A stretch of 43,696 nt of DNA from a virus: the IMG/VR virus record IMGVR_UViG_3300045988_146126. One strand, written 5' to 3'. The notes under the pieces were generated by a model. That model made no database searches, was not told the origin of the DNA, and was given only the letters and a program-made list of their open reading frames with translations. Below are positions 33,110 to 41,291 of this stretch, in pieces. Each line of letters opens with the position of its first letter. Within the stretch, counting starts at the first letter, position 1. A program made the position numbers and the translations under genes.

Positions 33110-33833
33110 ACTAATCAAGACCATCAGGCGTGATGATGGAACGATCGCAGTAAGCGGTCGCGAGCTGCACGATTTCTTGGAAGTAGATACGCCATATACG
33201 CAGTGGTTTGACCGCATGATTGACTATGGATTTACGGAAAACACTGACTTTAAAGGTTTATCACAAAAAAGTGAAAAACCTATTGGTGGTCGTCCACGGA
33301 TTGATCACGTCATGACGCTCGACATGGCAAAGGAAGTTGCCATGATCCAACGGACAAATAAAGGTAAGCAAGCCCGCCAGTATTTCATCTCTGTGGAGAA
33401 GCGGTACAAGCAACTCGCAGCGCTGCCTCGGACTCCCGAGGAAAAGCTTGCTTTAACCATGGAAGTGGCCAATAGGAGCGCCGAGAAGGTCATGAAGCTT
33501 GACAACCGTGTCACTGATTTAGAAAAGAACGCCCCAATTGCTCCGGGAGAATATAGCTACATCAGCCGACAGGTGCGGAACGTGGTTGAGAGTTATATCA
33601 ATACGCATCATCTTCGGATAACTCAGAAGCAACGTGGGCTGCTCTACAAAGATGTCAGTCGCGGTATGAACGAGTACGTCGGTATCAAGACACGAACCCA
33701 ACTCCGCAAGCGAGATTTTGACAGGGCAGACGAGTTCGTCAGTAACTGGCATCCGTCAACTGCCACGATGATGCTGATTAGGGAAACACAAGACGATCAA
33801 CAAAACGTCTCTGATCAACTTGCTATGGGTTAA
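33102..33833 (+). CDS. Phage antirepressor (Rha/AntA-type N-terminal domain)
   Basis: GRELHDFLEVDTPYTQWFDRMIDYGFTENTDF...GGRPRIDHVMTLDMAKEVAMIQRTNKGKQARQYFISVEK is the classic antirepressor signature. Confidence 0.85.
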   Translation: MNELIKTIRRDDGTIAVSGRELHDFLEVDTPYTQWFDRMIDYGFTENTDFKGLSQKSEKPIGGRPRIDHVMTLDMAKEVAMIQRTNKGKQARQYFISVEKRYKQLAALPRTPEEKLALTMEVANRSAEKVMKLDNRVTDLEKNAPIAPGEYSYISRQVRNVVESYINTHHLRITQKQRGLLYKDVSRGMNEYVGIKTRTQLRKRDFDRADEFVSNWHPSTATMMLIRETQDDQQNVSDQLAMG

Positions 33834-33898
33834 TAATAGCCCTCTATAGCATGAATCAATATCCACCAATATTTCATCTTTTAAAGGAAGTGGAACGT

Positions 33899-34447
33899 AT
33901 GAAAGCAACAATTAGTAGCCCTTTGAATAGGTTCGCTACTAGAACCAACACGCCACAGAAGGTGATCGCTTATGCAGCAAAATTAGGGCGCTCAACGATC
34001 AATAACTATTTTCATGGAACTCCCATTAGAGCAAATGAGGCTACTGACATTGCCAATTCGATGAATGACAGCGAACTAAGCTATGAAATGGCTAACTTGT
34101 TTCTAGGAATCCCTAAACTGTTTAGCGGTGACGGAATATACCACGATTTACGAGGTCTTTTATTCACCGATAAACGAGAAGAAGACGAGGAGAAAGCTTC
34201 TTTCATCAAGTACGACATCGAGGGCCTTGCTAATGACCCCAACTTTACACGCGATGACGCTAAAAACTTGAAAGCATACGCATTCGAAAAAATGGATAGC
34301 ACAGTCGCAGATCTAACCGAACTAAATGCTATTTGCGAAATGCTAGGCATCTCAATCATGGATCTTTTCAGCGAAAGGCTCCCGCATTACCAGAAACTTC
34401 ATTATATGAGGAAGGATGAGCAGGCATGGAACAAGGATTCACATTGA
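33899..34447 (+). CDS. Hypothetical early protein (182 aa)
   Basis: SD AAAGGAAG lies 8 nt before ATG 33899. It may have an N-terminal HTH (KVIAYAAKLGRSTINNYFHG). Confidence 0.55.
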   Translation: MKATISSPLNRFATRTNTPQKVIAYAAKLGRSTINNYFHGTPIRANEATDIANSMNDSELSYEMANLFLGIPKLFSGDGIYHDLRGLLFTDKREEDEEKASFIKYDIEGLANDPNFTRDDAKNLKAYAFEKMDSTVADLTELNAICEMLGISIMDLFSERLPHYQKLHYMRKDEQAWNKDSH

Positions 34448-34656
34448 TTGATGTCGCTAAACCAAAAAAGCAGCGTAAGCCATTCAAACCCAAGGAGTGG
34501 TGGGCGCCCAAGGATGTTATGGAACATTATCAGGTTTCAGCGGCAACAGTTAGTCGCTGGAAGAAAAAAGGTGCTCCGTTTGTCGGTCCCGGTAAGACCC
34601 AGCGTGTTGAGCCAGAGAAGATGGAGCGTTGGTTTGCACGTCAGCAGGGGGTATAG
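34426..34656 (+). CDS. Small DNA-binding protein, excisionase/MerR-like HTH (tentative)
   Basis: It has a basic N-terminus and the segment DVMEHYQVSAATVSRWKKKGAPF. Confidence 0.45.
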   Translation: MEQGFTLIDVAKPKKQRKPFKPKEWWAPKDVMEHYQVSAATVSRWKKKGAPFVGPGKTQRVEPEKMERWFARQQGV

Positions 34657-34659
34657 GCA

Positions 34660-34788
34660 ATGTTAGAAGCAATCATGTCAGTGCTGCTCGATCCAACATC
34701 AGCGTTTTGGAAGTATCTGCTTGTAGCTATGGCTGGCGTCATGATCGGTGCCACGGCGGTGGGCGGATGGAAGCAGTGGATTGAATAG
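34660..34788 (+). CDS. Small one-TM peptide (42 aa; not in the ORF track)
   Basis: ATG 34660 follows AGGGGG. The hydrophobic core is YLLVAMAGVMIGATAVGGW. Confidence 0.4.
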   Translation: MLEAIMSVLLDPTSAFWKYLLVAMAGVMIGATAVGGWKQWIE

Positions 34789-34799
34789 GAGGAAAGCAC

Positions 34800-35018
34800 A
34801 TGCGAGATACAAAAGAGTATTGGCAAGACATTCACGATCAGGTCGAGAACGTGATTTATAAAGGCCACGGCGATCGCGGTTGGCTTTGGATGTTCGAACT
34901 TAGTCAACGGATGCTCAACAAATGCGCACAAAAAAATCCCGTAGCGCCAACTACGGGAAGTCAACAATATTGCAGATATTATTATGTCTCAAGTTTATCA
35001 CGAAAGGCGGCAAAGTGA
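34800..35018 (+). CDS. Hypothetical protein (72 aa)
   Basis: SD TAGGAGGAAA lies before ATG 34800. Confidence 0.55.
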   Translation: MRDTKEYWQDIHDQVENVIYKGHGDRGWLWMFELSQRMLNKCAQKNPVAPTTGSQQYCRYYYVSSLSRKAAK

Positions 35019-35019
35019 A

Positions 35020-35190
35020 ATGGCTACCACGATTGTAAAGCTTGATTGGAAGGGAGATCCCATTTATTCAGGCGAAGCAGTTATCACGAATATCGGGCCT
35101 GAAGGTGACACGATCAAAGATGATCCAGATGAAATCCGCGAATATATATTGAACGAACTTGGCGGTGTGGCAATTGCCGCCGACTACTAG
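35020..35190 (+). CDS. Hypothetical protein (56 aa)
   Basis: ATG 35020 lies 2 nt after the upstream stop. ATG 34984 is an alternative start. Confidence 0.45.
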   Translation: MATTIVKLDWKGDPIYSGEAVITNIGPEGDTIKDDPDEIREYILNELGGVAIAADY

Positions 35191-35201
35191 GAGGAATTGA
35201 A

Positions 35202-36077
35202 ATGGCAAATGAAATTGTAGCAAGTGTCAACAACCGCATCACTGAGATGCAGAAGAATGAAGGCTTGAAACTTCCGGCGAACTATAGCCCTAGCAATGCG
35301 CTGAATTCGGCTTGGCTCACGCTATCAGATAACAGCAAAGGGCCATCGCTGTTAGATAAAACTACCCCGCAATCGCAAGCTAAAGCATTGCTTAATATGG
35401 TGATTCAGGGTCTCAGCCCAGCTAAGAATCAGGTTTACTTCATTCCTTACGGCAAAGACCTGACCCTGATGCGCTCGTACTTTGGTAGCCTGGCGATCCT
35501 AAAACGATTGGACAATGTTCAGGATGTTTGGGCCGAGGTTGTTCGGGAAGGCGATAAATTCCAAATTGGCTCTGATCGAGGCCGGACGGTCGTCAAAGTA
35601 TTCGAGCCGCGTATTGAGAATCAGGACAACGCTATTGCCGCAGCATTTGCTGTCATCGTCGATAACAATGGCGTTGAGAACTTCACCATCATGACCAAGA
35701 AGCAGATTGATCAAAGCTGGAGTCATGCCAAAACCAAAAAGGTTCAGCAAGAGTTCCCCGAGGAAATGGCTAAGCGAACGGTGCTCAACCGGGCTGCCAA
35801 GTTCTTCATCAACTCAAGTTCTGACAACGACCTTTTACTTGGGGCCGTCAATGACACCACGGCCGATGAATATGACAACGCGGAACCTAAGGACGTGACA
35901 CCAAACTTTGATGATCTGATTGATAGCAAGCCGAAGGAGGAGTCGAAACATGCTGCAAATGCCAAGGAAACCAAAGAGACAAAGCCAAAAGAAACCAGCC
36001 AACCAGACCGAGCTGAACATCGTCCAGTTACCGACAAAGAAGTTGCGAACCTCTTCCAGAATCAAGCTAACAAGTAG
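35202..36077 (+). CDS. recT: RecT-family single-strand annealing protein
   Basis: SD AGGAGGAA. NALNSAWLTL...ALLNMVIQGLSPAKNQVYFIPYG...LMRSYFG is RecT-like. It is paired with a downstream exonuclease. Confidence 0.8.
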   Translation: MANEIVASVNNRITEMQKNEGLKLPANYSPSNALNSAWLTLSDNSKGPSLLDKTTPQSQAKALLNMVIQGLSPAKNQVYFIPYGKDLTLMRSYFGSLAILKRLDNVQDVWAEVVREGDKFQIGSDRGRTVVKVFEPRIENQDNAIAAAFAVIVDNNGVENFTIMTKKQIDQSWSHAKTKKVQQEFPEEMAKRTVLNRAAKFFINSSSDNDLLLGAVNDTTADEYDNAEPKDVTPNFDDLIDSKPKEESKHAANAKETKETKPKETSQPDRAEHRPVTDKEVANLFQNQANK

Positions 36078-36096
36078 AAACTACTACACGAATCGC

Positions 36097-36861
36097 ATGG
36101 ATTGGCAGTATCAATCGCCGACATGGTTCAAAAAGTTCATGGCCTGCGAGGCCGAAGCTTTGGCCGAACTGAAGGGCGAGTGGAAGCCTAAACGCGACCC
36201 AACGGCATTGTTGGTCGGCAATTACCTTCACAGTTATTTTCAAAGCCGTTATGCACACCGCAAGTTTAAGCAGGAACACCCGGAGATCATCTCGACACGC
36301 GGCGCAACCAAAGGACAACTCAAACGCGAGTACCAAGTGGCTGACAACATGATCAAAACCCTACGCACTGATCCGATGTTCAAAGAGTTTTACCAAGGCA
36401 AGAAGGAAGTCATTGTCAAAGGTCAGATCGGCGGGGTCGCTTGGAAAGGCAAGTTGGATTGCTTAGCAGACAACCATAAGTACTTCGCTGACTTGAAGAC
36501 CACGATGGACATCAACAAGCGCTTCTATCTACCAGACGAGCGGCGCTACGGCTCCTTTATCGAAGCTTATAACTACACGCTGCAGATGGCCGTCTATCAT
36601 GAACTGATTCGGCAGCAATACGGTGTTGAGGCGGTGCCGGTGATCATCGCAGTTTCAAAGCAGGATCCGCCAGATAAAGCGGCGGTGTCCATACCGCAAG
36701 ATTTGCTGGACTATTGGTTGGAACGAGTTAAGGAACTACAGCCACGCATTGAAGCCGTTAAGAACGGCGAAGAAGAACCAAAACGGTGTGAGCACTGTGA
36801 GTATTGCCGGGCAACTAAGCACCTGACTCAGATCATCAACCTCTACGATCTGGTCGAGTAG
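36097..36861 (+). CDS. PD-(D/E)XK exonuclease (YqaJ/Cas4-like, C-terminal Cys cluster)
   Basis: It carries GKLDCLADNHKYFADLKTT (D...DxK) and the C-terminal CEHCEYC. The start is ATG 36097; the track start at 35920 lies inside recT. Confidence 0.75.
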   Translation: MDWQYQSPTWFKKFMACEAEALAELKGEWKPKRDPTALLVGNYLHSYFQSRYAHRKFKQEHPEIISTRGATKGQLKREYQVADNMIKTLRTDPMFKEFYQGKKEVIVKGQIGGVAWKGKLDCLADNHKYFADLKTTMDINKRFYLPDERRYGSFIEAYNYTLQMAVYHELIRQQYGVEAVPVIIAVSKQDPPDKAAVSIPQDLLDYWLERVKELQPRIEAVKNGEEEPKRCEHCEYCRATKHLTQIINLYDLVE

Positions 36862-36876
36862 GAGGTGACTCACCGC

Positions 36877-37833
36877 ATGGATTTATTCAAGCTAATTCGA
36901 GAGTTCTACATTCAGCAAAGCGTTAATCCGCTAAGCACAGGACAGATAGCACTATGGCATGGGCTGGTTTACCAATGTAACCAGCTAGGCTGGCCAAGCG
37001 AATTCAATATGCCGAATCGAACACTTGAAACGTTGACTGGTTTAAGCCGTCAGGGCATCGTCAAATCCCGTAACGCGCTAAAGCAGTCAGGGCTGATAGA
37101 TTTTCAAACTAACGGTGTTAAGGCAACGACCTACTCAGTCATCGATATTTCACGAAAACTTAGTACGTCAGATAGTAGGCAACCTAGTGGTCAAGATGAT
37201 GACAGTGTGTCAAATAGTAGGCAACACAGTAGGCAACCTAGTAGGCAACACAGTTTACAAGGTAGTTTACAACCTAGTAGGCAACACAGTAGCACATACA
37301 CTAAACAAGACGAGACTAAACTAGACAAAACTAAACGACAACAGACTACTGCTCCAGTAAAGGCAGCAGAGAGGCCTGCTGAAGAACCGTCATCGTCGTC
37401 ATCATCAATTCTTGATATTTGCAATTTCTGGGAAGGAAACGGGTTTGGACAACTATCACCGTTCACCAGAGAAAGCCTTGTTGATTGGGTTGATGACATG
37501 CGAAAAGCAGGATCACCTGAACCTGAGAAGCTAGTTCTAAATGCGCTACGGACTGCGGTTGAGAGCAATGTCCGAAACTACAAGTACGTCAACGGCATCT
37601 TGAAAAACTGGGAAAGCAAGCGTCTTCTCACGGTTGCTGCTGTCGATGCAAACGACAATGAACGCAAAACGAATCAGCCTCAGCGCCGTTACGGAAAGCC
37701 AGTTCGGAATGAGAAATTGCCTGATTGGGCTAAACCAGGTTACAAACCAGAACACAAAAAAGCGTCCGCAGAAGACAGAGCCGAATTGGCTGAGCAATTG
37801 CAAAAGCTACGAGCATTGGGCGAAAAGAATTAG
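36877..37833 (+). CDS. Replication organiser with a C-terminal DnaD-like domain
   Basis: SD TAGGAGGTGA lies 8 nt before ATG 36877. It has a winged-helix-like N-terminus, then NFWEGNGFGQLSPFTRESLVDWV...YVNGILKNWESK (DnaD/DnaB_2 type). The middle of the gene carries iterons. Confidence 0.8.
   Translation: MDLFKLIREFYIQQSVNPLSTGQIALWHGLVYQCNQLGWPSEFNMPNRTLETLTGLSRQGIVKSRNALKQSGLIDFQTNGVKATTYSVIDISRKLSTSDSRQPSGQDDDSVSNSRQHSRQPSRQHSLQGSLQPSRQHSSTYTKQDETKLDKTKRQQTTAPVKAAERPAEEPSSSSSSILDICNFWEGNGFGQLSPFTRESLVDWVDDMRKAGSPEPEKLVLNALRTAVESNVRNYKYVNGILKNWESKRLLTVAAVDANDNERKTNQPQRRYGKPVRNEKLPDWAKPGYKPEHKKASAEDRAELAEQLQKLRALGEKN
37174..37299 (+). repeat. 12-nt iteron array (candidate origin of replication) inside the replication gene
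   Basis: AGTAGGCAACCT occurs at 37174. Seven tandem 12-mers span 37216-37299: AGTAGGCAACAC, AGTAGGCAACCT, AGTAGGCAACAC, AGTTTACAAGGT, AGTTTACAACCT, AGTAGGCAACAC and AGTAGCACATAC. Confidence 0.7.
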
Positions 37834-37845
37834 GAGGGAAGCATA

Positions 37846-38331
37846 TTGCTAAACAGTGTCTCACTAACAGGCCGGCTGACAAGAGATGTTGACTTGCGTT
37901 ACACGCAAAGTGGCACGGCGGCAGGATCATTCACGCTGGCCGTTGACCGCAAATTCAAGAGCAAAAACGGAGAACGAGAAACTGATTTCGTAAATTGCCA
38001 GATTTGGCGCAAGTCGGCTGAGAACTTTGCAAACTTCACCAAAAAAGGATCCTTGGTTGGTGTGGAAGGCCGTATTCAAACGCGTACGTACGATAACGCG
38101 CAAGGGCAGAAAATATTCGTGACCGAGGTAATCGTTGATAATTTTGCTTTGCTTGAGTCACGACAGGCGTCTCAGAACAACCCTAAATCACAGCAAACAG
38201 CCAATGCATCAGCAACAGCGACCACAAACGCGAGTCAAACGACTCCAAATGCTTCACGAGCGAATACCACGGATCCGTTTGCTAATAATGGCCAGCCGAT
38301 AGACATCCAAGATGATGATTTGCCATTTTAA
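37846..38331 (+). CDS. ssb: Single-stranded DNA-binding protein
   Basis: TTG start after SD AGGAGGGA. The OB-fold signature is LTGRLTRDVDLRYTQSGTAAGSFTLAV...FVNCQIWRK, and the acidic tail is DDDLPF. Confidence 0.95.
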   Translation: MLNSVSLTGRLTRDVDLRYTQSGTAAGSFTLAVDRKFKSKNGERETDFVNCQIWRKSAENFANFTKKGSLVGVEGRIQTRTYDNAQGQKIFVTEVIVDNFALLESRQASQNNPKSQQTANASATATTNASQTTPNASRANTTDPFANNGQPIDIQDDDLPF

Positions 38332-38402
38332 TGAAAATGACAAAAAACTCCCTCAGGGAAACCTTAGACCCTGAAGGAGGAGATTCTAGAGACTGTTGAA
38401 GA

Positions 38403-38522
38403 TTAGTTTGGCGTGGAACACCGGTGACCGCCGACACGAGTTCCGTTTGACTTAGTGTACGGTTTTACAACAACGATCTTCTTAGTTGGGGTTCCGCGAA
38501 CACTAGTTTTCGTTTTTGCCAT
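38403..38522 (-). CDS. Possible small basic protein (39 aa) antisense to the early operon (not in the ORF track)
   Basis: On the minus strand, GGGGGGA lies 6 nt before ATG 38522. The product is MAKTKTSVRGTPTKKIVVVKPYTKSNGTRVGGHRCSTPN. Confidence 0.35.
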   Translation of the reverse strand: MAKTKTSVRGTPTKKIVVVKPYTKSNGTRVGGHRCSTPN

Positions 38523-38638
38523 CAATAGTCCCCCCATCTAATTTATTACAGGCCATTACAGTAGCCTGTAAATCTAGTATATCAAAAATATATGTCTTCT
38601 ACAACATACTGTATTAAAACATATTGAGGTGACACAAC

Positions 38639-38854
38639 ATGTGGGATTCTATTCAAAACATTTTAGATGATCGATCAATTAGCATCCCAGAATTAGCTGA
38701 TTTAGCAGGATACAACAACCCATCAACTTTATACATGATTAGATCCGGTGGCATCAAAGATCCGTCATTTTCAACGATGATACGAATTGCGGATGCTCTA
38801 GGCGTTAGCCTTGACGAACTGAGGCCTGATAAGCAAGGAGAGAAGAAAGCATGA
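38639..38854 (+). CDS. XRE-family HTH protein (71 aa)
   Basis: SD GAGGTGA. The HTH is ILDDRSISIPELADLAGYNNPSTLYMIRSG. It is preceded by the perfect 8-bp inverted repeat TTACAGGC / GCCTGTAA (38546-38571). Confidence 0.75.
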   Translation: MWDSIQNILDDRSISIPELADLAGYNNPSTLYMIRSGGIKDPSFSTMIRIADALGVSLDELRPDKQGEKKA

Positions 38855-39300
38855 CACAAGTAACAGTGCGTTTATACGAGCAGGGAGACAAAGTGTGGCG
38901 CGACTTCAAAGCAGAATTGATTAAGCGCTACGAAAACTCAGCAATGATAGACATCTCAAAAAGCGAAGCATTCTCAAAAATCGAAAAGCAAGAGTTCAAC
39001 AACCGGATTGTTGTATCAAAGAAAGCGATTGTCGAGAAACGTTCGGTAGCCGGTGCTGATAATCGAGATATTCCGTCATTGGCACTGATCAGCAGCATCA
39101 AGGCTGTAAACAAACGCGGGGAAGCTAACCGTAAGAAGTATGCAGTACAAGTTGCTGAGGCGGCAAGCAAGAGCAAAACACTAACAGAGGTTGCAAAACG
39201 GATCGGGAAGTCAACAACGTTCGTGAAGCGAGTTGCAAGTGAGTTTGAGATCAAGTTGCCAAGCCGTAACAACGGCCATGAAGAGATTGCGAGTCGTTAG
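38851..39300 (+). CDS. Hypothetical protein (149 aa), possible C-terminal HTH
   Basis: ATGA overlap with the upstream gene. The C-terminal segment is TLTEVAKRIGKSTTFVKRVASEF. Confidence 0.55.
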   Translation: MTQVTVRLYEQGDKVWRDFKAELIKRYENSAMIDISKSEAFSKIEKQEFNNRIVVSKKAIVEKRSVAGADNRDIPSLALISSIKAVNKRGEANRKKYAVQVAEAASKSKTLTEVAKRIGKSTTFVKRVASEFEIKLPSRNNGHEEIASR

Positions 39301-39346
39301 ATATTTAGCGAGGAATAATACAAGAAACTACAGGAGGAATATTCAA

Positions 39347-39601
39347 ATGCAAGCAATTAAAACGAAAATGATGGTTGGTGATCTGGTTATAGTGCCTGAT
39401 CGAGTATTCATGGGCGTGCGTGATATTGGCGGTGTGGCACGAATCATCAGAATCGAGCGATACAACGCCAGAGGTGAACGTCAAGACATCAACAAGCCAG
39501 TTGCTTTTGATGGCAAGGCACCCCAAGAGCTAATCACAACGGTTGAGATGGTTGATGGAAAGCAACGTCAATACTATCTGAAGGACGTGAAGCCAGCGTG
39601 A
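39347..39601 (+). CDS. Hypothetical protein (84 aa)
   Basis: SD CAGGAGGAA lies 7 nt before ATG 39347. The track start at 39233 is unsupported. Confidence 0.55.
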   Translation: MQAIKTKMMVGDLVIVPDRVFMGVRDIGGVARIIRIERYNARGERQDINKPVAFDGKAPQELITTVEMVDGKQRQYYLKDVKPA

Positions 39602-39993
39602 ACAGGATCATTATTCCTTTGCCCCTCATGACTCTTAACCAGTACATCAAAATTGAACGAGGCAATATGTTCGGCGGAGCAAAAGTCAAGAAACAAGCAA
39701 CGGAAACGGTAATGTTGGCTGTTAGAAAAGCGATGAATCAGGGCGTTAAATTTCAATGGGGGAAACCTCTAAGCTTCGACTGGTACTGGTATGACAAGCG
39801 AACAGATCCGGACAACATCGCGTTTCAGCACAAGTTTATCTTTGACGGCATGCAAAAGGCTGAATTTTTAGAAAACGACAACTGGGATCACATTGTAGAA
39901 CTGCGAGATCGGTTCTTTATTGACAAAGCTAATCCGAGAGTTGAAGTCGAAGAGATCGATTTAAGGAGGCCGACCAATGAAAACAGGAGATGA
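39598..39993 (+). CDS. RusA-like Holliday-junction resolvase
   Basis: GTGA overlap start. PLMTLNQY parallels the RusA PPSNNRYY segment, and DPDNIAFQHKFIFDGMQKAEFLENDNWDHI parallels RusA [22 protein letters not shown]. Confidence 0.6.
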   Translation: MNRIIIPLPLMTLNQYIKIERGNMFGGAKVKKQATETVMLAVRKAMNQGVKFQWGKPLSFDWYWYDKRTDPDNIAFQHKFIFDGMQKAEFLENDNWDHIVELRDRFFIDKANPRVEVEEIDLRRPTNENRR

Positions 39994-40102
39994 CACGTTC
40001 GATGACATCTACATCAGCAAAAAGACTGGCAAGGTCGTAGGCGTCATGTATGAAGATGTGGACTACAAGCTAGTGCCAATCAAACAGGAGGACGAAAAAT
40101 GA
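39977..40102 (+). CDS. Small acidic protein (41 aa; not in the ORF track)
   Basis: Strong SD AAGGAGG lies 7 nt before ATG 39977. ATGA overlap with the next gene. Confidence 0.5.
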   Translation: MKTGDDTFDDIYISKKTGKVVGVMYEDVDYKLVPIKQEDEK

Positions 40103-40389
40103 ACCTTTTTGATTCTTTTGAGTATGGTTCAACTATGGAAACGGCGCTAAAAGGCTACATTTTGCCTGACAATATGGACGGATATAAAAGTCTGGGTACG
40201 CTGATACAAAGCTTAGAAGAAGAGTGCGAAGCCGAAGAGATTGATGAGAACGGTCTAATTGCTGAAAAAGACCTACCAGCATTCAGGCGTATGTGGAAAG
40301 AATCACCCGCAGAGTTCGTTGAAATAATCGCTGTTGAATGGGTAAGCACCATGGAAGAAATCGTGAAATTGGAGGCACAACATGAGTAA
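40099..40389 (+). CDS. Small highly acidic protein (96 aa)
   Basis: It is translationally coupled on both sides and has Glu/Asp-rich composition (EEECEAEEIDENG). Confidence 0.6.
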   Translation: MNLFDSFEYGSTMETALKGYILPDNMDGYKSLGTLIQSLEEECEAEEIDENGLIAEKDLPAFRRMWKESPAEFVEIIAVEWVSTMEEIVKLEAQHE

Positions 40390-40618
40390 AAGTAAGGACG
40401 TTGACGCTTATCTTCAAGGCGAGCTGTGTGCCAAGGCCGAGCTTGCAACTAAGCTACTACACGACATTGCCTGGTCTAAATGGACGACTGACGCGATGAC
40501 TACACGTGTTGACCCAATCTACAAGCAAGCCAGGGAGATAGGCTATTGGCTATTAAACAGTGACGAATGGTACACAGAAAATGAGGACGGAAGCGAAGAC
40601 GATGACGAGAAAGATTAA
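40382..40618 (+). CDS. Small acidic protein (78 aa)
   Basis: It overlaps the upstream stop and has the C-terminal run ENEDGSEDDDEKD. Confidence 0.6.
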   Translation: MSKSKDVDAYLQGELCAKAELATKLLHDIAWSKWTTDAMTTRVDPIYKQAREIGYWLLNSDEWYTENEDGSEDDDEKD

Positions 40619-40793
40619 TGTATTCACGCTTAATTCTAGTGTAGACGTTGATACAGTAAACAATTTTTTAAAAATGCACCCACAGGCTAAATTAAGCTAC
40701 GTTACAGCGGGAAGCTATCTATGCTCATATGATGCCCTTGTAATTGTTGACTATGAAGATGAAGAAGACGATGAGATGGAGGCAAAGCAATGA
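40602..40793 (+). CDS. Small acidic protein (63 aa)
   Basis: ATG 40602 overlaps the upstream 3' end. The C-terminus is DYEDEEDDEMEAKQ. The start is uncertain. Confidence 0.5.
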   Translation: MTRKINVFTLNSSVDVDTVNNFLKMHPQAKLSYVTAGSYLCSYDALVIVDYEDEEDDEMEAKQ

Positions 40794-40861
40794 TTGCCGT
40801 CATACTGATAATCGCAGGTGTTGTAATGTGGGCGTGGGCTAACTGGGAAAGAGGAAAATAA
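40790..40861 (+). CDS. Possible 23-aa TM micropeptide
   Basis: SD GGAGG lies 7 nt before ATG 40790, with an ATGA overlap. The product is MIAVILIIAGVVMWAWANWERGK. Confidence 0.3.
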   Translation: MIAVILIIAGVVMWAWANWERGK

Positions 40862-41083
40862 ATGAAATCAAAAAGTAATCGCGTGTTTCAAAATAATGTT
40901 CGCAAGAATATCAGCGATAACCACATGCTACAGAAGGATTACGCAAAAAGCATCGGCATTACGACACGTCAACTGGCGCATCTGCTTCAAGACAACAACG
41001 TTAGCTTGGCAAAACTTGATGACTTCGCTGAACGCGTTGGGATTGACCCATGGGATCTCATTCGGCCTTCTGAAAGCAAATAA
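40862..41083 (+). CDS. XRE-like HTH protein (73 aa) ending the early operon
   Basis: SD AGAGGAAAA. The HTH is MLQKDYAKSIGITTRQLAHLLQDNNVS. Confidence 0.7.
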   Translation: MKSKSNRVFQNNVRKNISDNHMLQKDYAKSIGITTRQLAHLLQDNNVSLAKLDDFAERVGIDPWDLIRPSESK

Positions 41084-41291
41084 AAAAGCGCGCCTAATGA
41101 GGGACGCGCCGGAGGCCAAACGTACGATTGAGAGTGAATGAAATCAAAGATTAGGAGTTGGCCTCCAATGACAGTATAGCAAACGCACATGTTGAACGCA
41201 CGTTTAAGGCATCAAAAAAGCGCACCACGAAGGCACGCTTATCCCCAAAACTTTTACAAATTTAATTATACCATAAGGGGTGGCGCTTGTG

